Of a stretch of DNA of 56,069 bases, positions 18,400 through 28,222 are shown piece after piece. Origin of the DNA: Gemmatimonadota bacterium (GTDB lineage: Bacteria > Gemmatimonadota > Gemmatimonadetes > Gemmatimonadales > Gemmatimonadaceae); NCBI GenBank assembly GCA_003141205.1, contig PLLD01000193.1, positions 9,483 to 65,551 of the forward strand, read 5' to 3'. A model generated the notes under the pieces. It saw only the letters and a program-made list of their open reading frames with translations, ran no database searches and had not been told where the DNA came from. The position numbers were made by a program, and so were the translations under genes. Numbering within the stretch: the stretch's first letter is position 1; each line of letters opens with the position of its first letter.

Positions 18400-19672
18400 T
18401 CACGTCCACCGCGATGTCGACTCCGCGCTCCGCCCGAAGGACGGCGCCGAGGGCGGCCGCGGTGGAGCGCATGACCGGATCCCGAACGGCTCGCGCGATC
18501 GCGGCGGCCAGATTCTCGGCCGACAGATTGCGCCGGTGGATCGGCGGCGGTCCCACACCAAGCGCGGCGACGCGCCGCGCCCAAAACGGCTGATCGAATC
18601 CGAGCGGAATCACGATCGACGGGACGCCCGCACGCAGCGCCGCCGCCGTGGTCCCGCACCCTCCGTGATGCACGACGGCGGCCATCCGCGGAAAGAGCCA
18701 TTCGTGCGGCACGTCGTCGATGCCGAACACGGTGTCGGGGAGAGCACGGTCGGCCCCGAGTCCGCCCCAGCCCCGCAGGAGCACTCCGCGCTGGCCGGCT
18801 CGGCCAAGTGCCTCGAGGGCGATCGCGGTAAGCCGCTCGCAGTGTGCGGGCGTCATGCTGCCGAAACCGATGGAGATCGGGGGGGGACCGGCGGCAAGGA
18901 AATCCACGAGGGCGACGGGCGGCCGCCAGGACGGATCGAGTGGAACGATCCAGTACCCCGTAACGTGCGTCGCAGGGGGCCAATCGCCGGGCCGCGGAAC
19001 GACGTGGGGACTGAAGCCGTACAGGGTCGGCGTCGTGGGCGGACCCATGAGCGATACGGCGCTGCTCGCGGGATACGGAGGGAGGCCGAGGGTGGTCCGG
19101 CGCCACGCGTTGACGGGACGCCGCACGGACCACCACGCCACGCGCCCCGCCACGCGATGCGTCAGCGCATTGAATCGGGCGCCGAGACGCGGCAGAGTCG
19201 GCAGACCGATCGCGGGAAAGGCCCGCGTTGGGTGCAGCGGCTGCAACAGCGCGGCGACGGCCGGAATCCCGAGGCGCTCGGCCACGCTCCGCGCGGGGGC
19301 CGCCACCGCGGAATAGATGAGGAGATCGCTCTCTTGCGCGACCCGCCAGACGTCCGCGAGAAGGCGCTCGACGAAATCCGGCACGGCCCGCAGGAAGGCG
19401 CGCGCCGCGGGCAGAAGGTGGCGTGCGCGTCCCGTGTCGAGCCAGCGGTCCCCCCGCGGGTCCGTGAGGAGCGCCCGCGGATCCCCCGCGATCGGCGCAA
19501 ACGCGAGTCCGTGGTCCGCGACGAGTGCGCGAAACAGCTCATGCGTCGCGATCGTGACGTGGTAGCCCACACGCTGCAGTCCGAGGGCAAGCGCGACGTA
19601 CGGCTGCACGTCCCCGCGCGAGCCGACGGTGACGATTGTGATCTGCCGCGGGCGGCCGCGATATTCCGGCAT
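18347..19672 (-). CDS. GT1-family glycosyltransferase (MGT/UDP-glycosyltransferase type)
   Basis: N-terminus ITIVTVGSRGDVQPYVALA and C-terminal UDPGT signature HHGGCGTTAAALRAGVPSIVIPLGFDQPFWA. Start taken at the internal ATG (MPEYRG). Its 3' end overlaps mscS convergently by 53 nt. Confidence 0.8.
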   Translation of the reverse strand: MPEYRGRPRQITIVTVGSRGDVQPYVALALGLQRVGYHVTIATHELFRALVADHGLAFAPIAGDPRALLTDPRGDRWLDTGRARHLLPAARAFLRAVPDFVERLLADVWRVAQESDLLIYSAVAAPARSVAERLGIPAVAALLQPLHPTRAFPAIGLPTLPRLGARFNALTHRVAGRVAWWSVRRPVNAWRRTTLGLPPYPASSAVSLMGPPTTPTLYGFSPHVVPRPGDWPPATHVTGYWIVPLDPSWRPPVALVDFLAAGPPPISIGFGSMTPAHCERLTAIALEALGRAGQRGVLLRGWGGLGADRALPDTVFGIDDVPHEWLFPRMAAVVHHGGCGTTAAALRAGVPSIVIPLGFDQPFWARRVAALGVGPPPIHRRNLSAENLAAAIARAVRDPVMRSTAAALGAVLRAERGVDIAVDVITRVAAPVGGTAPAHPA

Positions 19673-20147
19673 GGCCGACGAAGAAGGACCGGCAACCGCG
19701 TCCGCCGCTCCGCTGCCGCCGACGATCGACCGCGTGCTCAAATATTTCCGCGCGCTGTCACGCGAGGAGAAAATGCAGGCGCTGGTGCAGTATTCGAAGC
19801 GGCTCGAGCCGATGCCGGAGCGCTTGCAGGGGATCGACCGGACGGAATACGCCGTCCCCGAATGCCAGACGCGGGTGGAGCTGGTTCCCGAGGTACACGA
19901 CGGCCTGCTGCACTTCTACGCCGACCTCGATGCGCGCCGCTCGCCCACGATCGCGGCGTTCCTGGCCATCCTGTTGTCGGCGATCAACGATCACCCGCCT
20001 GCCACGACGCTGGCGATCCCCTCGGATTTCGCGCGGCAAGTGATGGAGAGCGTGGGACTCGGCGCCCGCGAAGTCGGGCTCAACGCGATGCTCGTGCGGC
20101 TCAAGCGGTACGCGGCGCTCGCCGCGGCGGGCGCGCCCCTGAGCTGA
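19671..20147 (+). CDS. SufE-like cysteine desulfuration protein
   Basis: The SufE-like core is VPECQTRVELV..HFYADLDA..LAILL. It has a conserved Cys in an ECQT context in place of GCQS. Start at the internal ATG (MADEEG). Confidence 0.6.
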   Translation: MADEEGPATASAAPLPPTIDRVLKYFRALSREEKMQALVQYSKRLEPMPERLQGIDRTEYAVPECQTRVELVPEVHDGLLHFYADLDARRSPTIAAFLAILLSAINDHPPATTLAIPSDFARQVMESVGLGAREVGLNAMLVRLKRYAALAAAGAPLS

Positions 20148-20159
20148 ACGCCCCTCGGT

Positions 20160-20651
20160 TCACGCCAACAGCGCGTGGTGCCAGGAGCGTCCCGCGGTCG
20201 TCTCGAAACGCTCCCGCCATTCCGCCGCCGTGGCCACGGTGGGATCGAAGACCGTCGTCTCCGCCGTGACGGCGCCGCTTGCGCCCAGATCCGCGAATGC
20301 GTCACGCGTCACTGCCCGAATGTCCCCGCCGGGGTCGCGATAGTGCACGCACCCTCCGGGAAGGAGGGTCGTGCCGAGGACCGGGCGGAGCAGCTGAAGG
20401 GTCCGAAACAATCCGTCGATGGAGCACCCGGACGCATACGCATCCGTCTGATCGACGCCCACGGCCAGAAACCGGTCGTCGCGCCACGTGCGCGCGGACG
20501 TGAGGGGTTGCCCGTGCGCCTGCCATTTCGCGAGATACGCGTCCACGGCACCGAGCAGCTGATCGCGCGCAGATTCGGTGAGCGGCTCCTCGCTGGCGAA
20601 CACCCACACGCGCGCGCGGTCGGGCAGCGCCTCGAACGGGATGACCGGCAT
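20160..20651 (-). CDS. Conserved hypothetical protein
   Basis: 163-aa ORF with sensible codon use. From memory it resembles a roughly 160-aa family (W.AHG..L...CSIDG....SWH at the C-terminus) that is often mis-annotated as an ABC ATPase. Confidence 0.55.
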   Translation of the reverse strand: MPVIPFEALPDRARVWVFASEEPLTESARDQLLGAVDAYLAKWQAHGQPLTSARTWRDDRFLAVGVDQTDAYASGCSIDGLFRTLQLLRPVLGTTLLPGGCVHYRDPGGDIRAVTRDAFADLGASGAVTAETTVFDPTVATAAEWRERFETTAGRSWHHALLA

Positions 20652-20665
20652 GCCGAAAAGCTAAC

Positions 20666-21574
20666 CTACCAACGGTCGAGCGCCGCCCGCAGCGCCTCCG
20701 CGAGTCCCGGGTAGCGAAACGTGTACCCCGCGCGCTCGAGCGCGCGGGGGAGGACGCGCTGGCCGGAGAGCAGGAGCTCCCGTCCCATCTGGCCGAAGAG
20801 GAGACGCACCGTCCACGCGGGTACGGGCAGCAGCGCCGGACGCCCGAGTACCTGACCCAGCGTCGCGGCGAAGATCGCGTTCGGGACGGGGGCGGGCGCG
20901 GTGAGGTTGATCGCGCCGACCAGCGTTGGCGTGTCGAGCGCGAAACGCATCGCACGGATCGCATCCTCGAGAGCGATCCAGCTCATCCACTGCCCACCGG
21001 TCCCGATCGGTCCCCCCAGCCCGAATCGAAAGACCGGCACGAGCCGCGCAAGCGCCCCGCCCGCCGCGCTGAGAACCATGCCACACCGTGCATGTAGTAC
21101 ACGCATCCCGGCCGCTTCCGCGGGCGCGGCGGCCGCCTCCCAGGCGCGGCACACCTCCGCCACGAAGCCGGTCCCGGGCGGGCTCGACTCATCGAGCACG
21201 GCGTCGCCACCATCGCCGTAATAGCCGATTGCGGATGCGGCGAGGAAGCTGCCGGGCGGCTGCGGCAGCCCGGCGACCGCGCGCGCGAGGAGAGCGGTCG
21301 ACGCGACGCGACTGGTCACGATCGCGCGCCGATGGCGCGAGGTCCACCGGCGGTCGATCCGCGCGCCGGCCAGGTGCACGACGGCATCGAGGGGCGGGAG
21401 CCGCTCGAGCGCCGCCCGGTCCAGAACGTCCCGTTCGGGCGCCCACCGAATGACGTCGGGACCGGTCGCGGCGCCATGCGTGAGCCGCACCACCCGCACT
21501 CCGTCCGCCGCGAGCGCGCGGACCAGGGCGGAGCCGATCAGCCCCGAGGATCCCGATACCAGGACGCAGGGCAT
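20666..21574 (-). CDS. TIGR01777/YfcH-family NAD-dependent epimerase/dehydratase (DUF1731 C-terminus)
   Basis: N-terminal VLVSGSSGLIGSAL Rossmann motif and a characteristic C-terminus (LLSGQRVLPRALERAGYTFRYP). Confidence 0.85.
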   Translation of the reverse strand: MPCVLVSGSSGLIGSALVRALAADGVRVVRLTHGAATGPDVIRWAPERDVLDRAALERLPPLDAVVHLAGARIDRRWTSRHRRAIVTSRVASTALLARAVAGLPQPPGSFLAASAIGYYGDGGDAVLDESSPPGTGFVAEVCRAWEAAAAPAEAAGMRVLHARCGMVLSAAGGALARLVPVFRFGLGGPIGTGGQWMSWIALEDAIRAMRFALDTPTLVGAINLTAPAPVPNAIFAATLGQVLGRPALLPVPAWTVRLLFGQMGRELLLSGQRVLPRALERAGYTFRYPGLAEALRAALDRW

Positions 21575-21579
21575 CGCGG

Positions 21580-22101
21580 CTACAGGATCGTCGCGATCGC
21601 CTCGGTCAGGGAAGCGACGTCGCGCGCCCCATCGTACCGCGCGCCGTTAATGAAGAAGCTGGGCGTCCCGTTCACGCCGCTACGAACCCCGCCGCGAAAA
21701 TCCTCGCGCACGCGCGCCGCGAAGGTGTGCGCCACGAGGCCGTCGCGCACCGCCGCGGGATCCGCCCCCGCCGACTCGGCATGCACCAGGAGATCGGCAT
21801 CCGTCAGCGTGTCCTGATGGGTATACAGCAGATCGTGCATCTCCCAGAACTTCCCCTGGGCGCCGGCCGCCTCCGCCGCCTCGGCGGCGTGCTCGGCATG
21901 CGGGTGCGCCTGCGTCAGGGGAAAGTTGCGGAAGACGAAGCGCAGCGCGCGCCCGAAGTCACGCTCGACCGCACGGACCACAGGGTACGCGTCCCCGCAG
22001 TAGGGACATTCGTAGTCCCCGTATTCGACGAGCGTCACCGGCGCGGACGCGGGCCCGCGGGCGTGGTCGTCCGGGCCGACGGGGACAGCGAGAGCGCTCA
22101 T
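21580..22101 (-). CDS. DsbA-family thioredoxin-fold protein
   Basis: CPYC active site preceded by VTLVEYGDYE; DsbA-like length. Confidence 0.8.
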   Translation of the reverse strand: MSALAVPVGPDDHARGPASAPVTLVEYGDYECPYCGDAYPVVRAVERDFGRALRFVFRNFPLTQAHPHAEHAAEAAEAAGAQGKFWEMHDLLYTHQDTLTDADLLVHAESAGADPAAVRDGLVAHTFAARVREDFRGGVRSGVNGTPSFFINGARYDGARDVASLTEAIATIL

Positions 22102-22604
22102 CGCGCGGCGCCGGCCGCGGGCCGGGCGGTCAGATCATCCAGTGCCGTCAGGATCCCGTCGGCCCCGGGATTCACGCCCACGGGTGAGACGTAGCTCCAG
22201 GTGATCACGCCCTCCTTGTCCAGCACAAACAGGGCGCGCTCCGTGAATCCGTCGTTCGCCCGAAAGACCCCGTACTGTTTGGCGATCGCGCCCTTTGGCT
22301 CGAAGTCGGCCAACAGGGGAAAGTGCAGGTGGCGCGCCTCCGCGAACGCGGCGTGGCACCATGAGCCGTCCACCGAGATCCCGAGCAGCTCGGCCCCATG
22401 CTTGTGAAACTCGGGGAGCACTTCATTGTAGAGACCCATCTGATCGCCGCATACCGGACTCCAATCCGCCGGATAGAAGGCGAGCACCACGGGATGCCCG
22501 CGCAGCTCGCTCAGCGTGACGGTCTGATCCGGCGTGCAATGCAGCGTAAAGTCCGGGGCCTGCGTCCCAACGGCGAGGGGGCCGGTCGACTGGAGCGGGG
22601 TCAC
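22098..22604 (-). CDS. Peroxiredoxin (AhpC/TSA family, AhpE-like)
   Basis: APDFTL..VVLAFYPADWSPVCGDQ contains the peroxidatic Cys motif. The GTG at 22604 forms a GTGA overlap with the doxX stop, and an ATGA overlap links it to dsbA downstream. Confidence 0.85.
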   Translation of the reverse strand: MTPLQSTGPLAVGTQAPDFTLHCTPDQTVTLSELRGHPVVLAFYPADWSPVCGDQMGLYNEVLPEFHKHGAELLGISVDGSWCHAAFAEARHLHFPLLADFEPKGAIAKQYGVFRANDGFTERALFVLDKEGVITWSYVSPVGVNPGADGILTALDDLTARPAAGAAR

Positions 22605-23041
22605 GTGGGATCCACGCGTCCATGCCGCCGCGATGCGATCACGGCGTCGAGAGAATATGGGCCCGCGCCGGCGGCGGCAAAGAACAAAAAGATGAAGCAC
22701 AGAGCGACGGCGAGCTCCCCCTTGTTCTCGATGGGCCAGAATCCGCGCGGGAAATGCACCGTGAAATACGCGACCGCCATCTCCCCCGACGCGATGAACG
22801 CGACGACGCGGATGAACAATCCGGTCAGGATGCAGCCGCCCCCGACGAGCTCGATGATTCCGGCGATGAGCACACGCGTCGGCAACCCATGCCCCCCCCC
22901 ATGCATCGCCGGATCCGCGAAAGCGCCGAGCAGCTTCTGCGCGCCGTGTTGCATGAATATGCCGGCGGCGAAAACGCGCAGCAGCGTCTGGGCGATCCCG
23001 GCGAAGCGACCGGACGGGGCCTGTGAGGCAAACGATGTCAT
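22601..23041 (-). CDS. DoxX-family membrane protein
   Basis: 146 aa with 4 TM segments and the motif LLRVFAAGIFMQHGAQKL. Confidence 0.8.
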   Translation of the reverse strand: MTSFASQAPSGRFAGIAQTLLRVFAAGIFMQHGAQKLLGAFADPAMHGGGHGLPTRVLIAGIIELVGGGCILTGLFIRVVAFIASGEMAVAYFTVHFPRGFWPIENKGELAVALCFIFLFFAAAGAGPYSLDAVIASRRHGRVDPT

Positions 23042-23075
23042 GGCGGTAAGTGGAAGGATGAGAGGACGATTGGGC

Positions 23076-23103
23076 TTGACGGCTACACCCGAGCCGTTAA
23101 GTT
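23076..23103 (+). promoter_or_regulatory. Candidate sigma70-type promoter of the cimA-leuCDB operon (TTGACG-N16-TAAGTT)
   Basis: The hexamers and spacing were read directly. The architecture is nearly identical to the box in front of the ilv leader at 35419. Confidence 0.35.
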
Positions 23104-23122
23104 GGCCACTTCACGTAAGAAT

Positions 23123-23215
23123 ATGAATCCCGCGATCGCTGAACCGACTCCCGCGCCGATCCTTCGGTCGATTATTCGCCTCCCCCTGGGAGGCGGTGCG
23201 CCCGCGCACGGATAG
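23123..23215 (+). CDS. Candidate leader peptide (30 aa, MNPAIAEPTPAPILRSIIRLPLGGGAPAHG) upstream of cimA
   Basis: Short ORF 19 nt downstream of the -10 box with an Ile/Leu cluster (ILRSIIRLPL). It overlaps or precedes hairpins at 23177-23195, 23219-23237 and 23258-23280. Confidence 0.3.
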   Translation: MNPAIAEPTPAPILRSIIRLPLGGGAPAHG

Positions 23216-23303
23216 AATCGTCGGCTCGAATCCGACGCTCCATTCGGCACCGGCACGCGGCTTCCCGATCTCGGGGGCCGCGTTGTGATTTCAGGAGCCC
23301 GAT

Positions 23304-24902
23304 ATGCTCTCACCGGTATTTAGACCCACCGTCCAGCTGTACGACACCACGTTGCGCGATGGCACGCAACGCGAAGGGATCTCCCTGTCCGTCGCGGACA
23401 AGGTCAAGATCGCGCGCGAGCTCGACCGCGCCGGGATCGGCTACATCGAGGCCGGGTGGCCGGGCTCCAACCCGAAGGACGCCGAAGTCTTCCGGCAGCT
23501 GGCCGCCAATCCCTTGGCGCAGGCCCGTCTCGCCGCGTTCGGGAGCACGCGCCGCGCGGGCGTCGCCGCGGAGGCCGATGCGAACCTGCGCGCGCTCATC
23601 GACGCTCGCACCCCCGTCGTCACACTCGTGGGGAAGAGCTCGGTCGTCCACGTGGAACAGATCCTCGAGACGACGCGCGAGGAGAACCTGGCCATGATCC
23701 GCGACAGCGTCGCCTGGTGCACCGCGCAGGACCGCGAGGTCATCTACGACGCCGAGCACTGGTTCGATGGGTTCCACGCTGATCCCGAGTACGCACTCGC
23801 CACGCTCCGCGCTGCCGCGGACGCGGGCGCCAACCGCCTCGTCCTGTGCGACACGAATGGGGGCACGCTGCCGGACGCGGTGGCCGCAAGCGTGCGCGCC
23901 GTTCGCGCTGTCCTCCCCGACGTCCCCCTCGGGATCCACGCACACAACGACTGCGGGCTCGGCGTCGCGAACGCTCTCGCCGCCGTGGCCGCCGGCTGTA
24001 CGCAGGTGCAGGGGACCGTCAACGGCTACGGCGAGCGCTGCGGCAATGCGGATCTCCTGGTCATCGCCGCCACGCTCCAGCTCAAGCTCGGCCGGTCGTG
24101 CGTCCCCCCCGGCGCGCTGGCGCGATTTGCCGCCTTGTCGGCCTTCGTGGCGGACGTCGCCGGCCTGCCGCCCGACGACCATGCGCCGTACGTGGGACGG
24201 AGCGCGTTCGCCCACAAGGGTGGTCTCCACGCGGCCGCGGTCGCCAAGATCCCGGCGAGCTATCAGCACATCGATCCGGCGGTCGTGGGCAACAGCCCGC
24301 ACATGGTCGTGAGCGAGCTGGCGGGACGCGCGAGCGTGCGACTCAGCGCGACCGCGCTCGGGCTTCCGCTCGACGGAGCCGACGCGGAAGTCCTGCAGCG
24401 CGTCAAGGAGCTCGAGGCGCGTGGCTATCAGTTCGAGGGCGCGGCCGGATCGTTCGAGATGCTGCTGCGGCGCACGCGCCCCGGCTACGAGCCGCCCTTC
24501 GTCCCGATCGACTTCACGATCGTGACGGAGCAGCGGGGCGGCGGCGCATTGCGCGCCCAGGCGATCGTCAAGCTGCGCATCGATGGCGCAGTCACCCACA
24601 CGGCCGCAGAGGGGGCGGGACCCGTCAACGCGCTGGATCGCGCGCTGCGCACGGCACTGCTCCCCCGCTATCCGGACCTGGCCGACGTCCAGCTCGTGGA
24701 CTATCGCGTCCGGATCGTGGACGAACACCTCGGAACGGCGGCTCGGCCGCGCGTCCTGATCGAGTCCACCCGGGGATCGGGTCACGGCGAGGACCGGTGG
24801 CGCACGGTTGGCTGTTCCGAGGATATCATTGAAGCCAGCTGGCTGGCGCTCATCGACAGCCTGGAGCTACCGCTGGCCCGTTTGAAGGACTCCCGAGCAT
24901 GA
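23304..24902 (+). CDS. cimA: (R)-citramalate synthase (long LeuA-family enzyme with C-terminal regulatory domain)
   Basis: [39 protein letters not shown], 532 aa. From memory this closely matches the Geobacter-type CimA pattern. SD AGGAG sits 7 nt upstream. Confidence 0.85.
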   Translation: MLSPVFRPTVQLYDTTLRDGTQREGISLSVADKVKIARELDRAGIGYIEAGWPGSNPKDAEVFRQLAANPLAQARLAAFGSTRRAGVAAEADANLRALIDARTPVVTLVGKSSVVHVEQILETTREENLAMIRDSVAWCTAQDREVIYDAEHWFDGFHADPEYALATLRAAADAGANRLVLCDTNGGTLPDAVAASVRAVRAVLPDVPLGIHAHNDCGLGVANALAAVAAGCTQVQGTVNGYGERCGNADLLVIAATLQLKLGRSCVPPGALARFAALSAFVADVAGLPPDDHAPYVGRSAFAHKGGLHAAAVAKIPASYQHIDPAVVGNSPHMVVSELAGRASVRLSATALGLPLDGADAEVLQRVKELEARGYQFEGAAGSFEMLLRRTRPGYEPPFVPIDFTIVTEQRGGGALRAQAIVKLRIDGAVTHTAAEGAGPVNALDRALRTALLPRYPDLADVQLVDYRVRIVDEHLGTAARPRVLIESTRGSGHGEDRWRTVGCSEDIIEASWLALIDSLELPLARLKDSRA

Positions 24903-26344
24903 CTTCTCCACGATCTACTCTCTCGCCCACGCCACGGACGCTGTTCGACAAGACGTGGGGCGCGCACGTCGTCCGCCCCGAGACGCCCGCGACGCCGGCC
25001 GTCCTGTACGTCGATCTCCATCTCGTGCACGAGGTGACGTCACCGCAGGCGTTCGCGGGGCTGCGCGCCCGCGGACGGACCGTCCGGCGCGCGGACCGCA
25101 CGATCGCGACGATGGATCACTCGACGCCGACGATCCCGCGCGCGCGCGGGTCGATCCCGGTGGTGGGCGGGGACCAGGGAGCCCAGCTGGCGCAGCTCGC
25201 GCGCAACTGCGCGGAGTTCGGCATTCCGCTGTTGGCTCTGGGCAACGATCGCCAGGGGATCGTGCACGTGATCGGACCGGAGATGGGGCTCACCCAGCCC
25301 GGCATGACCATCGTGTGCGGCGATAGCCACACGAGCACGCACGGCGCGTTCGGCGCGCTGGCCTTCGGGATCGGCACGTCGGAGGTCGAGCACGTCCTCG
25401 CGACCCAGTGCCTCCTGCAGCGCAAGCCACGCACGATGGCCGTGCGCGTGGATGGCCGGCTCCACCCGGGCGTATCGGCCAAGGACATCATCCTCGCCGT
25501 CATCGCGCAGGAAGGGGTGGATGGCGGGACGGGCCACGTCTTCGAATACATGGGCGAGGCGATCCGGGCGCTCTCGATGGAAGAGCGGATGACGGTGTGC
25601 AACATGTCGATCGAGGGGGGAGCCCGCGCGGGGCTGATCGCGCCGGACGACACCACGTTCGAATACATCGCCGGCCGCCCGGCCGCACCCGAGGGGGCCG
25701 CCTGGGACGCCGCCGTCGCCGAATGGCGGCAGTTGCCGAGCGACGACGGGGCGAGCTTCGACCGAACCGTCACCCTCGACGCGTCGCAGCTGGCGCCGAT
25801 GATTACGTATGGGACCAACCCCGGGATGGGGATGCCGATCGACGCGCGCGTCCCCGACCCCAGCGCGGCGCCCGATGCCGGACGGCGTCAGGCGCTCGAC
25901 AAGGCGCTCCATTATATGGATCTCCGCCCCGGCGAGCCGCTCCTCGGGAAACGGGTGGATGTCGTCTTTCTCGGCAGCTGCACGAACTCCCGCATCTCGG
26001 ATCTCCGGCAGGCGGCGGCGCTCATGCGCGGACGCGCGGTCGCCCAGGGCGTGCGCATGCTCGTCGTCCCGGGCTCGCAGCAGGTCAAGCGCCAGGCGGA
26101 AGCCGAGGGACTCGACGCCGTCTTCCGGGCCGCGGGCGCGGAATGGCGCGAGGCGGGCTGCTCGATGTGTATCGCGATGAACGACGATCGGCTGGCCCCC
26201 GGACAGTATGCGGTCAGCACCAGCAATCGGAACTTCGAAGGGCGCCAGGGGAAGGGGGGGCGAACCTTCCTCGCGAGCCCGCTGACCGCCGCGGCCACCG
26301 CGATCACGGGCGTCATCACCGACGCACGGACAATGGTGCATTGA
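24899..26344 (+). CDS. leuC: 3-isopropylmalate dehydratase large subunit
   Basis: Aconitase-family motifs ([23 protein letters not shown]). ATGA overlap with cimA. Confidence 0.95.
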   Translation: MTSPRSTLSPTPRTLFDKTWGAHVVRPETPATPAVLYVDLHLVHEVTSPQAFAGLRARGRTVRRADRTIATMDHSTPTIPRARGSIPVVGGDQGAQLAQLARNCAEFGIPLLALGNDRQGIVHVIGPEMGLTQPGMTIVCGDSHTSTHGAFGALAFGIGTSEVEHVLATQCLLQRKPRTMAVRVDGRLHPGVSAKDIILAVIAQEGVDGGTGHVFEYMGEAIRALSMEERMTVCNMSIEGGARAGLIAPDDTTFEYIAGRPAAPEGAAWDAAVAEWRQLPSDDGASFDRTVTLDASQLAPMITYGTNPGMGMPIDARVPDPSAAPDAGRRQALDKALHYMDLRPGEPLLGKRVDVVFLGSCTNSRISDLRQAAALMRGRAVAQGVRMLVVPGSQQVKRQAEAEGLDAVFRAAGAEWREAGCSMCIAMNDDRLAPGQYAVSTSNRNFEGRQGKGGRTFLASPLTAAATAITGVITDARTMVH

Positions 26345-26444
26345 GGATGCCCGATATGAGGATGCCCGATATGAGGATGCCCGATATGAGGATGCCCGAT
26401 ATGAGGATGCCCGATATGAGGATGCCCGATATGAGGATGCCCAT
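26343..26444. repeat. 15-bp tandem repeat (gaggatgcccgatat), 6 perfect units plus one 1-nt-shorter unit, filling the leuC-leuD spacer
   Basis: Read directly. The first unit overlaps the leuC TGA and the last unit supplies the SD of leuD. Confidence 0.97.
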
Positions 26445-27128
26445 ATGACGCTGACAGCAGAGAGGGGGGGGTCGGAGACCGCGCGCAATGCAGATGGGTC
26501 GGAGGTCCGCGCACGCATCGTGCGATTCACGGCGCCCGCCGTCCTGCTGCTCGCGAACGACATCGATACCGACCAGATCATCCCGGCCCGGTATCTCACC
26601 ACCACGGACAAGACCGGACTCGGCGACAAGCTGTTTTCCGATTGGCGCTATGACGCGAACGGGCAACCGAAGCCGGACTTCGTTCTCAACCGCCCGGAGG
26701 CGCGCACCGCGCAGGTCCTCGTGGCCGGATACAACTTCGGCTGCGGCTCCTCGCGCGAGCACGCGCCGTGGGCGCTCGTGGGGTTCGGATTCCGGGCGGT
26801 CGTCGCGCGGGACTTCGCCGACATCTTTCGCAACAATGCGCTCAAGAACGGTCTCCTGCCCGTCGCGATCGACGCCGCCGCGCACGAGCGGCTGGTCGCG
26901 TCGCTCACGGCGACACCGGGCGCGTCCGTAACCATCGACCTCGCCGATCAGACCATGACCCTTCCCGACGGGACGAGCGCGTCCTTTCCCGTAGACACGT
27001 TCGCGCAACACTGCCTGCTGTCCGGTATCGACGAGCTGGGATACCTCCTCACCGCCGACGCCGACATTCGGGCCTACGAAGCGGGGCATCCAGGACGGAT
27101 CCGGACCAGCGGCGTGGGAGCCAGCTGA
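26445..27128 (+). CDS. leuD: 3-isopropylmalate dehydratase small subunit
   Basis: [34 protein letters not shown] lies 7 nt upstream of the ATG. Confidence 0.9.
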   Translation: MTLTAERGGSETARNADGSEVRARIVRFTAPAVLLLANDIDTDQIIPARYLTTTDKTGLGDKLFSDWRYDANGQPKPDFVLNRPEARTAQVLVAGYNFGCGSSREHAPWALVGFGFRAVVARDFADIFRNNALKNGLLPVAIDAAAHERLVASLTATPGASVTIDLADQTMTLPDGTSASFPVDTFAQHCLLSGIDELGYLLTADADIRAYEAGHPGRIRTSGVGAS

Positions 27129-28222
27129 TGCACGCGACGATCGTACTCCTCGCCGGCGACGGGATCGGCCCCGAGATCGTCGCGGAGGCGACGCGCGTCC
27201 TGCGCGCCATCGGCACCACGTGGGGGCACACCTTCTCCTTTGAGGAGGCGCTGATCGGCGGCAGCGCGATCGACGCCACGGGGGAAGCGCTCCCGGGCGA
27301 CACGCTCGCACGATGCCGGCGGGCGGACGCCATCCTGCTGGGCGCGGTCGGCGGCCCGCGCTGGGACAACCCCAACGCGACCGTGCGCCCGGAGATGGGA
27401 CTCCTGGCGATCCGGAAGGAGCTGGGCCTGTTCGCAAACATCCGGCCGGTGACGGTGCAGCCGTCCCTCGTGGATTCGTCCCCGCTCAAGGCGGAGCGCT
27501 TGCGGGGAGTCGACCTCGTGATCGTCCGGGAGTTGACCGGGGGGATCTATTTCGGCGAGCAGGGACGCGGTCCCCTGCCTGGGGGCGGCGAGCGCGCCTT
27601 CGACACCTGTGTGTACACGACGGCCGAGGTGGAGCGTGTGGTGCGGGTCGCGGCCCTGCTCGCCCGCCGGCGGCAGCGCCGGCTGACGTCGGTCGACAAG
27701 GCCAACGTCCTCACGACGTCCCGGCTCTGGCGGAGCGTCGCGACACGCGTCGTCCACGACGAGTTTCCCGACATCACGCTCAATCACATTCTGGTCGACG
27801 CGTGTGCGATGCACCTCATGCGAAGCCCGGCCGACTTCGACGTCATCGTGACCGAGAACATGTTCGGCGACATCCTGACCGACGAGGCATCGATGCTCGC
27901 GGGATCGCTGGGGATGTTGCCGTCGGCATCCCTCGGTGATGCCGGATCGGGACCCACGCGGATGGGACTGTACGAGCCGATCCATGGGTCGGCACCGGAC
28001 CTCGCCGGGCGCGGCGTGGCGAACCCCTTCGGGACGATCCTGAGCGCCGCGATGCTGCTGCGCCACTCGCTGCAGCTCGAGGCGGAAGCGCTCGCCGTCG
28101 AAGAGGCCGTCAGCGAGACGATCGACGACGGCATCCTCACGGCGGACCTCGTGGAGCCGGGAGCCCGCGCGGCAACGACGCATGAGGTGGGGGAGGCCGT
28201 GGTGGCGGCGCTCGGCGGATAA
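27128..28222 (+). CDS. leuB: 3-isopropylmalate dehydrogenase
   Basis: The internal ATG of ORF 26768..28222 gives [18 protein letters not shown]. Other motifs are NMFGDILTDEASML and GSAPDLAG. A TGATG overlap links it to leuD. Confidence 0.95.
   Translation: MHATIVLLAGDGIGPEIVAEATRVLRAIGTTWGHTFSFEEALIGGSAIDATGEALPGDTLARCRRADAILLGAVGGPRWDNPNATVRPEMGLLAIRKELGLFANIRPVTVQPSLVDSSPLKAERLRGVDLVIVRELTGGIYFGEQGRGPLPGGGERAFDTCVYTTAEVERVVRVAALLARRRQRRLTSVDKANVLTTSRLWRSVATRVVHDEFPDITLNHILVDACAMHLMRSPADFDVIVTENMFGDILTDEASMLAGSLGMLPSASLGDAGSGPTRMGLYEPIHGSAPDLAGRGVANPFGTILSAAMLLRHSLQLEAEALAVEEAVSETIDDGILTADLVEPGARAATTHEVGEAVVAALGG

Noticed and set aside
18955-18985. CCGTAACGT-N12-GCCAAT, a near-copy of the ECF-like motif.
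   Set aside because: It lies inside the glycosyltransferase coding region on the antisense strand with mismatches in both halves, so it is most likely chance.
23178-23245. tRNA-like features: a gtcgg-ctcgaat-ccgac T-arm look-alike and a 5-bp stem with a 7-nt loop (cccctgg).
   Set aside because: No matching acceptor stem or D-arm could be built. The putative anticodon loop lacks U33, and the spacing between the arms is wrong. The features are better explained as leader/attenuator hairpins.
25408-26448. 346-aa ORF ending in the MRMPD repeats, which could be read as a repeat protein.
   Set aside because: Its first roughly 310 codons are an alternative frame of leuC with low-complexity translation. 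Only the short uORF inside the repeat array (26347..26448) is considered potentially translated.
26520-26522. Alternative internal GTG start for leuD, which would shorten its N-terminus to typical length and enlarge the spacer to 175 nt.
   Set aside because: The only SD-like GGAGG is 14 nt away, whereas the ATG at 26445 has GAGGA at ideal 7-nt spacing. The alternative start cannot be fully excluded.
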